From an uncultured Bacillales bacterium (GTDB taxonomy: Bacteria > Bacillota_I > Bacilli_A > RFN20 > CAG-826): a stretch of DNA of 64,000 nucleotides. Within the stretch, counting starts at the first letter, position 1. Every line of letters begins with the position of its first letter. The notes below the pieces were generated by a model, which had not been told where the DNA came from, ran no database searches, and worked only from the letters and a program-made list of their open reading frames with translations. Location: contig CAMHJP010000001.1 of NCBI GenBank assembly GCA_946185585.1, forward strand, positions 15,646 through 79,645, read 5' to 3'. This document shows positions 19,471-29,330 of the stretch, piece by piece. Made by a program: the position numbers and the translations under genes.

Positions 19471-20163
19471 TTATCTTATTAGGGAAATAAGGAAGATAAT
19501 CTCGCCTAAGAAATTAATTAAGATTAGTAACCACTCCGAGAAAGCAAGCGGGAAGATCTTTGGTCGAGAATAAGTTACTTCTTCTCCACTACCGCTTTTT
19601 ACGAGTTGAGCCCAGTTCTTTAATTTTGGATTTAGGGTAATCACTAAAGTACCAATCGTTAATAAACCAGCTAGGATAGCCATCACTAATGTCAGTGGAC
19701 TTCCTTTATCAAACTTGTTCCAGGTGGTGTAAGCAAGAATGGCGTAGACAGTTGTTAAGCCATTCACAAGGAATGATCCAGCCATAAACGCAGTCGATAA
19801 TTTGGTATGTGTATTCGTATAACGAATATTGAATAAGAAAATTGAGACCATGACTAATCCTTCTATACCAAATAAGAAGGAGACGATCATCGCAATTGCA
19901 CCTAATCCTCCAAACTCATCTAAGAGTGGAAGAACTACAAAGACTGGTGCAAAACATAATCCACTAAAAGTGAATAACAAAATTCGATAGACACCAGAGG
20001 CTGGAATATTCTCTTTTATCAGTTCACACGGGAAAAGTCTCATAAATGAGCGATTCTCTTCTTCAACATAACGAAGTCGAACAATGCTTAAAACTCCTAG
20101 AGCAATAAAAACTCCAGCAAAAGCAACAAGAAAGAAAATCCAAACAAGGTTAATCGAAATCAT
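19471..20163 (-). CDS. Polytopic membrane protein of unknown function
   Basis: 230 aa with about 6 TM helices. It occupies the slot after rpe where B. subtilis has thiN. Confidence 0.5.
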   Translation of the reverse strand: MISINLVWIFFLVAFAGVFIALGVLSIVRLRYVEEENRSFMRLFPCELIKENIPASGVYRILLFTFSGLCFAPVFVVLPLLDEFGGLGAIAMIVSFLFGIEGLVMVSIFLFNIRYTNTHTKLSTAFMAGSFLVNGLTTVYAILAYTTWNKFDKGSPLTLVMAILAGLLTIGTLVITLNPKLKNWAQLVKSGSGEEVTYSRPKIFPLAFSEWLLILINFLGEIIFLISLIR

Positions 20164-20816
20164 CTAAGAGACTCCATTCTTTCTTTGACATCGTCATGTC
20201 CATAAATATATGAACCAGCAACAAGAATATCGGCGCCAGCTTTACGGCACTTTGCACCGGTTTCTGCGTTAATTCCACCATCGACTTCAATTAAACAATT
20301 GAGATGGTGTTTATCAATGTATTTACGTAGTTTTTTAATTTTCTTTAACGCACTTGGAATAAATGCTTGGCCACCTTTTCCTGGTTCAACAGACATCACT
20401 AAAACGAGTTCAACTTTGTCTAACCATGGTAAAGCTTCTTTGACATTAGTCTTTGGTTTAATAGAGATTCCTGCCTTACAGTTTTTAGCATGTAAGTCAT
20501 TAATGACTTTCGATGTACATTTTGGGCAGAAATCAACTGCTTCAAGATGGAATGTGACTAGATCTGCTCCCGCATCAGCGAAGATTGGAGCCCATTTCTT
20601 TGGGTCTTGGACCATTATGTGAACATCGTTCACCATTTTATGGCATTTAGCGAATTCATGAACTTGTTCAGGAGTATAGGATTTATTTGGTACAAAAATG
20701 CCATCCATAACATCCCAGTGAATATATTCGGCGCCAAGTTTTTCAACTTTTAAAATTTCATTTTTTAAATCATTTTTATTAGCGGATAATAGGCTTGGAG
20801 CAATATAGTTTTTCAT
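20160..20816 (-). CDS. rpe: Ribulose-phosphate 3-epimerase
   Basis: 218 aa with PSLLSAN...HWDVMDG, the Rpe TIM-barrel motifs. Confidence 0.9.
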   Translation of the reverse strand: MKNYIAPSLLSANKNDLKNEILKVEKLGAEYIHWDVMDGIFVPNKSYTPEQVHEFAKCHKMVNDVHIMVQDPKKWAPIFADAGADLVTFHLEAVDFCPKCTSKVINDLHAKNCKAGISIKPKTNVKEALPWLDKVELVLVMSVEPGKGGQAFIPSALKKIKKLRKYIDKHHLNCLIEVDGGINAETGAKCRKAGADILVAGSYIYGHDDVKERMESLR

Positions 20817-21679
20817 TATTTGTACCTCTCTTGACGATATTCTAATTCGGATAATAATTTGACATAGATTTCATGGGCCTCATTAGATAGATTCCCATTT
20901 GCAATCTCTTCTTTAATTTTACATTGTTTTTCGTTTTGGTGTAGACAATTAGAGAAATAACACTCAGTGTAATATTTCTCATATCCCGGAAAATAGTGGG
21001 CTAAATCTTCTTTATACATACATAAATCTAGCGAAGAAAATCCCGGGGTATCAGCAATAAAAGAGTCTCCATATGGAAGAAGAATAACTTCCTTAGTTTG
21101 GTGTTTTCCTCTTCCTAAAGCATTTGAATATTCACCGATTTTACGGTTAAAAGCTGGATCAATGGCGTTAATTAAACTGGATTTACCAACTCCGGTTTGA
21201 CCCATAAATAGAACGACTTTACCTTTGACTAGTTCACGAACTTTTTGTTTAGATGGTTCATCATCTTTAGAAACAAAAATTGTTTCAATGCCAATTTTAG
21301 CTAAGTCAGTTTTGATGCGTTCGATCTGTGTTTTGTCTTTAAGACAATCAACTTTAGTTAAAACAACTTTAGCTTCGATATCGTGCATAAAAACATAAGT
21401 AAGGAACTTATAAATAAGTTCTTCACTAAGTTCAGGTTCAACAACACTCATTGTCACCAAAACTAAGTCGATGTTGGCACAGCGAGGACGAATGAGTTCG
21501 TTTTTACGTTCTAATATTTTTTCAATGACAAAGTGGTCCTCATCGAATTCAACATTATCGCCGACACAAAGATGTTCTTTACGGTATTTAAAAATTCCTT
21601 TAGGAAAAACATCATAGCAAACGCCATCTTTATAGATGCGATAAATTCCACCACTAGTTGAAACAATCTTACCAATCAT
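20816..21679 (-). CDS. rsgA: Ribosome small-subunit-dependent GTPase A
   Basis: 287 aa with the circularly permuted GTPase motif VLFMGQTGVGKSSLINAI and a C-terminal Cys cluster. Confidence 0.9.
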   Translation of the reverse strand: MIGKIVSTSGGIYRIYKDGVCYDVFPKGIFKYRKEHLCVGDNVEFDEDHFVIEKILERKNELIRPRCANIDLVLVTMSVVEPELSEELIYKFLTYVFMHDIEAKVVLTKVDCLKDKTQIERIKTDLAKIGIETIFVSKDDEPSKQKVRELVKGKVVLFMGQTGVGKSSLINAIDPAFNRKIGEYSNALGRGKHQTKEVILLPYGDSFIADTPGFSSLDLCMYKEDLAHYFPGYEKYYTECYFSNCLHQNEKQCKIKEEIANGNLSNEAHEIYVKLLSELEYRQERYK

Positions 21680-22551
21680 TATTTAAATCCAAAGATTTTC
21701 TTTAACAAATTCTTATGTTCTTTGAGGTTATCTTTATTTTGTAAGGCATTAGAAATGTCGTTCATCATTTCCTGAGCAGATTCATAACGATTTGCTGGGT
21801 TTTTTGCACAAGCTTTATGAATAATTTTGTCAAAAACATCAGCAATTCCTGGTTTAAATTGACTTAGATGTGGGAACGAACGTTTCACGTGTGCCATCGC
21901 AATATCTTTTGTTGAGCCATCTTCGAATGGAAGTCTTCCAGTAAGAAGTTGGAAATAAGTTACTCCGCAGGAATAAATATCCGATTGAATAGATGCTTGT
22001 TCGCCAACACAGACTTCTGGAGCTAGATAATAAACTGACCCAAACACACCCTGTTTAGAATCATCTTCATCTAAACTTTGTGCGATACCAAAGTCGGCAA
22101 GTTTAACTGTACCATTGGCTAAATAGAAAATATTTTGTGGTTTAATGTCACGATGAATTACACCACGTTTATGGATGTAATCAATCGCGTCCAAGAGTTG
22201 AATCATGATTTCGGAGGCTTCTTTTAAGGAGAAAGTTGTTTGGAAATCAATCCGATCAAACAGAGTTTGACCTTTAACATATTCAAAAATCAAATAAGGA
22301 CGTTCATCAACTTTACCTTGGTTATAAACCTTCACAATGTTTGGATGGTTAAAGGACGCACACGCTTCAGCTTCATGTTCAAAACGAGTAACGCTTCGTG
22401 GGTCGTTAACTAACTCTTCTTTAATGATCTTCACCGCGACTGTTTGTTTTTTAACAAAATCGGTTGCTAAATAAACCTCCGCGGTTCCACCTGTTCCAAT
22501 GCGGCCGGTAATACGATAACGATTTGAAAGAACATCACCAATCTTAATCAT
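21679..22551 (-). CDS. Ser/Thr protein kinase (PrkC-like, kinase domain only)
   Basis: Contains GTGGTAEVYLA, VAVK and HRDIKPQNI. No TM helix or PASTA repeats. The likely start is MIKIGD, which overlaps the phosphatase gene by 8 nt; the ORF-track start at 22641 is probably too long. Confidence 0.85.
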   Translation of the reverse strand: MIKIGDVLSNRYRITGRIGTGGTAEVYLATDFVKKQTVAVKIIKEELVNDPRSVTRFEHEAEACASFNHPNIVKVYNQGKVDERPYLIFEYVKGQTLFDRIDFQTTFSLKEASEIMIQLLDAIDYIHKRGVIHRDIKPQNIFYLANGTVKLADFGIAQSLDEDDSKQGVFGSVYYLAPEVCVGEQASIQSDIYSCGVTYFQLLTGRLPFEDGSTKDIAMAHVKRSFPHLSQFKPGIADVFDKIIHKACAKNPANRYESAQEMMNDISNALQNKDNLKEHKNLLKKIFGFK

Positions 22552-23296
22552 TTTTGATTTTCTCCCAAAGCGAAATCGCCATATTATCTGAGCCACCGTT
22601 AGAGTTAGCAACAGCGAGTAAAGTATCGACTTTTTGTTCAAGTCTTTCGCTTGTTAATAAGATATCTCTCATTTGATCATTATTCATGTTGTTATATAAA
22701 CCATCAGAACAAAGCAAAATGGAGTCATATTCATTTTTTAAAATGACTAATGAGTAGGAAATTGTTGGATAAATTCCTAAAGCATTCATTAATTTATGTC
22801 GGTCGCTAGAGATCGACATTTCTTCTTTTTTGATTTTGCCAATGTTATAAAGATAATCAACATAACTTTGGTCTTCGGTTAATTGAGAAAAAGCACCATC
22901 TTTTAATCCGTATGCTCTTGAATCTCCGGCATAGGCAATATAAATACGATTTTTATGGAGTAATGCAAGGACAATTGTGCTTCCCATATCTTGGTAAATT
23001 TTGTTCTTTTCGGCAGTTGAAAAGATTTCATGATTAATTGTTTTTAATGTGCGATTCAAGAATAAACGAATTGAAAAACCACCGTAAAACTTGGTTATTT
23101 TTCTAAATTCTTCGCTTAAAACATTCACCGCTAATTGTGAAGCATAATCACCTTTATTGTGGCCACCAAGACCATCGCAAACGCAGAGCAAAACATCACC
23201 TTGTGCGTTAACAAGTGAAATGGCCCGGTCTTCGTTAACAACGCGGACTTTACCAATATCAGTACGAGAAATAAATGCTCCCTTAATTGCTTTCAT
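22544..23296 (-). CDS. PP2C-family Ser/Thr phosphatase (Stp/PrpC)
   Basis: 250 aa with DGLGGHNKGDYAS and a C-terminal GGSDN motif. Confidence 0.85.
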   Translation of the reverse strand: MKAIKGAFISRTDIGKVRVVNEDRAISLVNAQGDVLLCVCDGLGGHNKGDYASQLAVNVLSEEFRKITKFYGGFSIRLFLNRTLKTINHEIFSTAEKNKIYQDMGSTIVLALLHKNRIYIAYAGDSRAYGLKDGAFSQLTEDQSYVDYLYNIGKIKKEEMSISSDRHKLMNALGIYPTISYSLVILKNEYDSILLCSDGLYNNMNNDQMRDILLTSERLEQKVDTLLAVANSNGGSDNMAISLWEKIKND

Positions 23297-24329
23297 GTTG
23301 TTCCTTCGCTCTTAATTGGCCACAAGCCGCATCAATATCATTTCCAAATTCTTTGCGAACAGTTGTAGTGACACCATGTTGCATTAAATATGAGAAGAAG
23401 CGATGAACGTTATCGTCTTCACTACGTTTAAATGATTTCTCATCGACTGGGTTATATGGAATTAAGTTTACGTATGCTTTTGTTCCACGGATTAGTTTTA
23501 CTAATTGACGAGCGCATTCGATTGTATCATTCACATCTTTTAACATGATGTATTCAAAAGTGACACGACGGTCAGCTTCTTTTTCATAATATTTCACCGC
23601 TTCCATCAGTTTATCCATTGGATATGCTTTAGAGATTGGCATTAATTGATTTCTGATTTCATCGTTTGGAGCGTGAAGCGAAATAGCAAGATTGGTCTGC
23701 ATTCCTTCATGAGCATAACGCATAATGCCTGGAACGAGTCCGCATGTGCTCACGGTGATATGACGAGCACCGATTGCGAAAGCTTTTGGATGATTCACAA
23801 TACGGATAAAATCAAGGACATTATCATAGTTATCAAAAGGCTCACCAGTCCCCATCACAACGATGTGACTAACACGTTCACCTTTTTCTTTAAGAAGTTG
23901 GTTCATTACATAAACTTGACCAACAATTTCAAATGTTTCGAGGTTTCTTTGCTTTTTAAGCAAACCACTTGCACAGAAAGCACAAGCCATATTGCAACCA
24001 ACCTGGCTAGAAACACAAATGGCGTTACCATAACGGTACGGCATTAGAGCAGTTTCAACCTTTGCTCCATCACCAAGTTCAAGTAAGAGTTTGATTGTTC
24101 CATCTTTACTTTCTTGTTTTCGAAAAATTTTTGGTAAATCAAGGCAGAAATTCTCTTTCAGTTCTTCTCTAAAACGTAGAGAAACATCGCTCATATCATC
24201 AAATTTGAGCGTCTCTTTTTCATAGATCCAAGTATAGAGTTGGGTTGCTCGATATTTCTTTTGTCCTCTTTCAAGCATGAGCTGTTCAAGTTTGGACATT
24301 TCACAACCAAGTAAATTAATTTTCTCCAT
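23283..24329 (-). CDS. rlmN: 23S rRNA/tRNA m2A methyltransferase RlmN (radical SAM)
   Basis: 348 aa with the CNMACAFCASG radical-SAM cluster motif. Position after the rsmB homologue matches the B. subtilis ylo region. Confidence 0.9.
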   Translation of the reverse strand: MEKINLLGCEMSKLEQLMLERGQKKYRATQLYTWIYEKETLKFDDMSDVSLRFREELKENFCLDLPKIFRKQESKDGTIKLLLELGDGAKVETALMPYRYGNAICVSSQVGCNMACAFCASGLLKKQRNLETFEIVGQVYVMNQLLKEKGERVSHIVVMGTGEPFDNYDNVLDFIRIVNHPKAFAIGARHITVSTCGLVPGIMRYAHEGMQTNLAISLHAPNDEIRNQLMPISKAYPMDKLMEAVKYYEKEADRRVTFEYIMLKDVNDTIECARQLVKLIRGTKAYVNLIPYNPVDEKSFKRSEDDNVHRFFSYLMQHGVTTTVRKEFGNDIDAACGQLRAKEQHESN

Positions 24330-25599
24330 GGTTTTTCTCCAACTTTAAAACAGCATAGTAAAGGAATGAACTGGAATGTTGATCAGGATAGAATTGTTCA
24401 TCTTTAACCAGCTTGAATGATGGGTGAGATTGTAAGAATGCTTCAACAACATCTTTGGTCTCACGTTTATTTAATGTGTTCACAATATAGACAAGTTCAC
24501 CGCCATCACAAATAAACTCAGCGCATTTTTCGAGCGCTTTCTTTTGGTTATCAACTAAGCCATCAATTTGTGTGTTACGGAAGCGAACAATGTAATCTGG
24601 ATATTTATTGATGTAGGAATATGAAGAGGATTTAGGATAGCAGTAGAAAAGTTCGCTATCTCGAGAAATACCGGTCTTCATGGCAATCACATCACCAGCC
24701 TTAAAAACATTAATGTTTTTCGCTTTGCTAATTCTTGATGTTCGAACAAGCTTTGTTCTTTCTTCGAAACTTGGGCAAACAACGTTTACACCAAGCTTGC
24801 CATTGCTTCGAGCTAGTTCTTCAAATGGCAATGAATCATCTTCATCAGAATAGATTGAAAGTTCTTGAACTAAGGAAGACTGAATATCGTCGATAAGTCG
24901 TTTTAATCGATAATCAATTTCAAATAAAAATTCGCTTTTTAATTCTGCATTTTGCGACATTGTTTTTCGAGAAATACGGACAATTCCTGGATAAATTTCT
25001 TCACCTAATAGGTTTTTGTGCTTCTCGATAAACTCTTTTCCTAATTCATTAAATTCATTAATTCGATATGTTTGGTCATTTGGTAAAGTTAGTTGATGAA
25101 TGATGCGGTAAGTCTTTGATAAACCGATTTCTTTAGCCCAACTCTTCAGTAACCATTTAGGCAAGTTAAAACGAATCGAAATATAATCAAAACTCTTCTT
25201 ATTAATGTTGAGATACTCAAAAAGATTGAGATTTGGATCAAGCAAGGGTTCAACCTTGCCATATAGTTCACCAAAAACTTCTTCAATCTGAGAGTTAACA
25301 CCTTTAATATCTAAGGCTTTTAAAAAGTGGTTGTTTGCTAAAGCAAGATATAAGAAAGTTCTTTGATCTAAAGTGAGTTCTAGATTCAATTTATCAAGAA
25401 CTTTCTTCACTAAAAAGTGGTGTCTAAGTTCACATCCGACTAAAGCTGAAACAGTTCGTCGAATGTTACTATGTTCTTTTTTTGAGAAACATTGGTCGCT
25501 TAAAGCGCGCTTAAAAGTTTTATTCTCAAAGAGAATTTCACTTAAAACATCTTTACAAACCAATAGTTCAATCATTAATGCTTGTGCCCGCAGTGACAT
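24316..25599 (-). CDS. RsmB/Sun-family protein, apparently catalytically degenerate
   Basis: 427 aa with a NusB-like N-terminal domain and an RsmB-like C-terminal stretch (DGGELVYIVNTL). The D-CAAPGGKT SAM motif and both catalytic Cys (PCSG, TCS) are not recognisable. Confidence 0.55.
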   Translation of the reverse strand: MSLRAQALMIELLVCKDVLSEILFENKTFKRALSDQCFSKKEHSNIRRTVSALVGCELRHHFLVKKVLDKLNLELTLDQRTFLYLALANNHFLKALDIKGVNSQIEEVFGELYGKVEPLLDPNLNLFEYLNINKKSFDYISIRFNLPKWLLKSWAKEIGLSKTYRIIHQLTLPNDQTYRINEFNELGKEFIEKHKNLLGEEIYPGIVRISRKTMSQNAELKSEFLFEIDYRLKRLIDDIQSSLVQELSIYSDEDDSLPFEELARSNGKLGVNVVCPSFEERTKLVRTSRISKAKNINVFKAGDVIAMKTGISRDSELFYCYPKSSSYSYINKYPDYIVRFRNTQIDGLVDNQKKALEKCAEFICDGGELVYIVNTLNKRETKDVVEAFLQSHPSFKLVKDEQFYPDQHSSSFLYYAVLKLEKNHGEN

Positions 25600-26063
25600 T
25601 CACCATCTTTACAGTGGTGTGCTTCTTCGTATTTTTCTTCAAATCCTTCAAACATATTTCCTTCGTAGATTTCGTCACCTTCTTGGTATTCTTCATCTTC
25701 GACGTTAACAACGTTTTCTTCGGAAATATAGCGAGGATATTCCTTATTCACATATTCATAACGATGATGTTTGTGATAATAATAGAATTCGATAACTAAA
25801 TGAATACTAAACTCTTTTAGAGTTTTTGTAATATAATTTGCGACTTTGTCTTCAAGATTTTCGCATTGTTCAGGAGCGTTAACTTTAACAATGGTATTCC
25901 AGCTTGTTTGTTCAACTCCATTATGGAAAACGTATGCATTTGGAGCATAAAAAACGATGTCTTTCTCATCAACTTCAAATAAACTAGCTAAGTTTGCTGT
26001 GTGTTCTTTTGAATAATGACCAACAACGTATTGGTCTAACCCATAAATTGAAATTGTAACCAT
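25575..26063 (-). CDS. Hypothetical protein with acidic, Tyr/Glu-rich region and His/Cys-rich C-terminal tail
   Basis: 162 aa. The N-terminal roughly 90 aa is a small globular domain. The C-terminus reads EEKYEEAHHCKDGECHCGHKH, a metal-binding-like tail. Confidence 0.45.
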   Translation of the reverse strand: MVTISIYGLDQYVVGHYSKEHTANLASLFEVDEKDIVFYAPNAYVFHNGVEQTSWNTIVKVNAPEQCENLEDKVANYITKTLKEFSIHLVIEFYYYHKHHRYEYVNKEYPRYISEENVVNVEDEEYQEGDEIYEGNMFEGFEEKYEEAHHCKDGECHCGHKH

Positions 26064-26064
26064 G

Positions 26065-26643
26065 TTACTCTCCTTTCATTGCCTGAAGAATGATTTGACG
26101 GACTTCATCCACCGCTTTTGATAAATCATCATTCACAACAATGTATTTGTATTGGTCTTTGAAGGCGAATTCTTGCGTTGCTTTTGCAACACGAGACTTA
26201 ATAACTTCCTCTGATTCAGTTCCTCTTCCACGAAGTCTCTTCTCGAGTTCTTCTAATGAAGGAGGAGCGATAAAGATGGAAATAACACCTTCATCATGAA
26301 CTTTATTTAATACTTGAGCTGTTCCGTTAACTTCGATTTCGAGCATAACGTTTTTGCCTTCGTTACGCATTTGTTCTACTTTATCTCTTGGAGTGCCATA
26401 ACGATTGCCGACGAATTCGGCCCATTCAAGTAAGTTATCGTTTTTGATGTTTTGATCAAATTCTTCACGACTGACAAAGTAATATTCTCTTCCATTAACT
26501 TCTCCTGGACGCATTCCCCGAGTAGTCATTGAAACAGAATAATGAAGATTTAAGTCGTTTTTCTTCATCAATTCTTCACGAATTGTACCTTTTCCGACGC
26601 CACTTGGGCCGGACATTATAATTAGTAATCCACGTTTTTTCAT
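26065..26643 (-). CDS. gmk: Guanylate kinase
   Basis: 192 aa with IIMSGPSGVGKGT. Confidence 0.95.
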   Translation of the reverse strand: MKKRGLLIIMSGPSGVGKGTIREELMKKNDLNLHYSVSMTTRGMRPGEVNGREYYFVSREEFDQNIKNDNLLEWAEFVGNRYGTPRDKVEQMRNEGKNVMLEIEVNGTAQVLNKVHDEGVISIFIAPPSLEELEKRLRGRGTESEEVIKSRVAKATQEFAFKDQYKYIVVNDDLSKAVDEVRQIILQAMKGE

Positions 26644-26706
26644 GTTTTTAATTATATTAAGTGCGATATTTCATTTCAAGATATCTTCATATAAAATAAA
26701 GAAGAT

Positions 26707-28068
26707 ATGCGATTCGTTCATTCCTCAATTCAAAAATACCTAAAAGAAAATAAACACTTGTTCCTAGGAAAAGCGTTCTTTTCTCCAGTTGTTTTATCAA
26801 AAGATACAATCCTCTTTTTTAGTCAGGAAAAGAACCGTGATTTTCTTTGCTTTGATTTATCAACTAAACATCCTTGTTTTTATGTTTATAAAACTGATTC
26901 ATATTTTGAATCGCTTAATTCGGTCTTTGCTTCTCAGCTTAGAGCAATTTTAAATGAGTTTATGATTGTTGATTACGAATTTTCGAAAAATGACTTTATT
27001 ATCAAGTTCCGAGTCGCAATCTCAAACAATGAAAATGAAGATTTACTTTTCTATTTTGAAGTATTTCCAAATCATCCAAACCTCATTGTGACTGACTTAA
27101 AGAACAAAGTCATCACCGCTTTCTATCATTCAAAAGATGGAAGACCAGAGAATAATTCCGTTTATGCTTCACCAACAAACGAAAAACTTCACGATGGAGA
27201 CACTGAACTTACTATAGAATTAATCGAAAAATTGTTTGCTGAATCTGTTCAAAAAAGAAGGCTCGATAAATACCAAGAATTTATCTCCAATTTACAAACA
27301 AAAATTAAGAAATGTAAGACCAAAATTCGTAACATCGAACAAGACAAAAAGAACGCTGAATTGCAGCAAAATTACCAGCAAATCGCGGATAATTTACTAG
27401 TTTCGGGTATCAACTTAAAACAACGTTTAACCTCAATTGAAGTTAATGGAGAAACAGTTGAATTAGATGGCTCAAAAACAATTAGTGAAAACATCCAAAT
27501 CTTCTATAAAAAGGTAAAGAAATCTAAAGAGACGATTCGCCTCGTTGAAACTAATTTAGAAAGAGCGAATAGCGAAATTAATTTATACGAATCAATTCTT
27601 CAACAACTTTATGATGCTCCTAATGAAAAAGAGGCTGATAAGGTTGTCTCATCATATTCATTTAGTAAGAAGCATGAAGTACGTGTGACAGAATTTAACA
27701 AACCTTGGAGAATTAACTACCAAGGAGTCTATTTCTACTTCGGAAAGAATTCTTCACAAAACGATTATCTTAGTTTTGTTATGAAGCAAGATCGCCAATT
27801 CACATGGGTTCATATTAAAGACCGTTCTGGTTCACACATTGTTATCGCTTCTTTAAAACCGACCGAAGATCAATTATTGTTCGCTAGTGAATTAGCATTA
27901 TATTTATCTAAGCAAAAAGCTGGTGAAGTCCAATACACCAGAAAGAAAAACATTCGCCGAGGTCATTCTCTAGGTGAAGCAATAGTTAAAAACTATTCCA
28001 CTATTAAGATTAATAACATCCGCGAACGTTCGCTGGAATTATTTGAAACAGCAAAACGCTGTGATTAA
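26707..28068 (+). CDS. rqcH: RqcH / NFACT-family ribosome quality control protein (FbpA-like, YloA homologue)
   Basis: 453 aa with a central coiled coil. The C-terminal NFACT-R block YFYFGKNSSQNDYL...WVHIKDRSGSHIVI matches the B. subtilis RqcH block LVGKNNRQNEYL...WLHTKDIPGSHVVI. It lies divergent from gmk as yloA does in B. subtilis. Confidence 0.75.
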   Translation: MRFVHSSIQKYLKENKHLFLGKAFFSPVVLSKDTILFFSQEKNRDFLCFDLSTKHPCFYVYKTDSYFESLNSVFASQLRAILNEFMIVDYEFSKNDFIIKFRVAISNNENEDLLFYFEVFPNHPNLIVTDLKNKVITAFYHSKDGRPENNSVYASPTNEKLHDGDTELTIELIEKLFAESVQKRRLDKYQEFISNLQTKIKKCKTKIRNIEQDKKNAELQQNYQQIADNLLVSGINLKQRLTSIEVNGETVELDGSKTISENIQIFYKKVKKSKETIRLVETNLERANSEINLYESILQQLYDAPNEKEADKVVSSYSFSKKHEVRVTEFNKPWRINYQGVYFYFGKNSSQNDYLSFVMKQDRQFTWVHIKDRSGSHIVIASLKPTEDQLLFASELALYLSKQKAGEVQYTRKKNIRRGHSLGEAIVKNYSTIKINNIRERSLELFETAKRCD

Positions 28069-28565
28069 ATACGATATTTGTGAATCATATCGAAACTGGC
28101 AAGACCAGGAAATTTTTGTTGTTTAAGAATTTCATATGTCACTATCGCCACTGCATTCGATAAATTTAAACTTCTTGCAGTTGATAACATTGGAATTCGT
28201 AATGTGTCTTCTTTGTGCGCACTAAGAATTTCTTTATCAATTCCTGTTGATTCGCGACCAAACATGACATAGACGTCTTCCGTTGGATCAAGAAATTGTT
28301 CTTCACAATATAAGTGTGTTCCATATTTAGTCACGTAATAAATCTTTTGATCTTTAAACTTTTCATTAAATTCTTCATAAGAAGAATAGTAAATATATTT
28401 AGCATCTTTGAGATAATCCATTCCAGCTCTTTTTAACGATTTATCAGATAACTCAAATGGGAGTGGACCAATAATATGGACGGTTGAGTTAGTCGCCATC
28501 GCAGTACGTAAAATGTTACCTGTGTTCTGCGGAATTTCTGGATGATAAAGAATAATATTAATCAT
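28065..28565 (-). CDS. trmL: tRNA (cytidine34/uridine34-2'-O)-methyltransferase TrmL (SpoU family)
   Basis: 166 aa beginning MINIILYHPEIPQNTGNILRT with the SpoU-class trefoil-knot motifs. Confidence 0.85.
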   Translation of the reverse strand: MINIILYHPEIPQNTGNILRTAMATNSTVHIIGPLPFELSDKSLKRAGMDYLKDAKYIYYSSYEEFNEKFKDQKIYYVTKYGTHLYCEEQFLDPTEDVYVMFGRESTGIDKEILSAHKEDTLRIPMLSTARSLNLSNAVAIVTYEILKQQKFPGLASFDMIHKYRI

Positions 28566-28603
28566 ATTTATTATGTTATTATATTAAACACGAGGAACAA
28601 AGA

Positions 28604-29275
28604 TTGAAAATGAAGATTCGTTCACTACTTAGTTTAATCGTTCCGCTTTGTGCTCTTTCTGCTTGCTCTTATCGCGGAGAAGTTAAACCTCTACGTGATG
28701 GAGATTTTTTAATTAGAGATACGTTCGAGATTCGTAACGATACATTCGAAGTTGTTGACCAACATTTTCAAGCTAAGGATTCATTCTGTTTATATTTCTC
28801 TTTAGAAGGCTGCTCATCATGTGAAAAGTTCCTAGAGGGCTTTAAAACAGTTGCACAAGAATCGAAGATTCTTACTTTCCATTTAGAGGCTCCACAAAAT
28901 GCTGATGATATAACTAAACTATATGAAAAATATCCAGAATTAAAATCTGAATATAGCCCATCATTTTATGTTGTAAATGAAGGAAAGATCGAATCAATTC
29001 CATATGATCAAATTAACTCTGAAAATCGATTAAGAAATACATTAAAAAGAAAAGTTTCTCTAGTTGATAATTACTTCTTTGAAACTCCTGAAGTCGACTT
29101 CTCATTAGCGTTAGATAAAGCTCAGTTAAATGAAGCTACTCTTATTGAATTAGACTTTAGTAACGCATCACAAGTAAGCAAATATCAAACCGCAAAATCT
29201 GAAACATCTGGACCATTATTTGTCCACCAAAAAGCTGGCTTATCCGATATACAAATTTCTAAGATTTCAAAATAA
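28604..29275 (+). CDS. Hypothetical lipoprotein with CxxC motif (thioredoxin-like?)
   Basis: 223 aa with signal peptide and lipobox LSAC, and an internal EGCSSCEKF motif. Confidence 0.55.
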   Translation: MKMKIRSLLSLIVPLCALSACSYRGEVKPLRDGDFLIRDTFEIRNDTFEVVDQHFQAKDSFCLYFSLEGCSSCEKFLEGFKTVAQESKILTFHLEAPQNADDITKLYEKYPELKSEYSPSFYVVNEGKIESIPYDQINSENRLRNTLKRKVSLVDNYFFETPEVDFSLALDKAQLNEATLIELDFSNASQVSKYQTAKSETSGPLFVHQKAGLSDIQISKISK

Positions 29276-29299
29276 AAAGAACCGTGAATTCCTCAACAT

Positions 29300-29330
29300 T
29301 TAACCGAGAATTGCTGGTTCTTTTTTAATT
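29300..29330 (+). terminator. Rho-independent terminator (member of the recurring AACCAG...CTGGTT hairpin family)
   Basis: tAACCgAGaattgCTGGTTcttttttaa. Confidence 0.6.
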
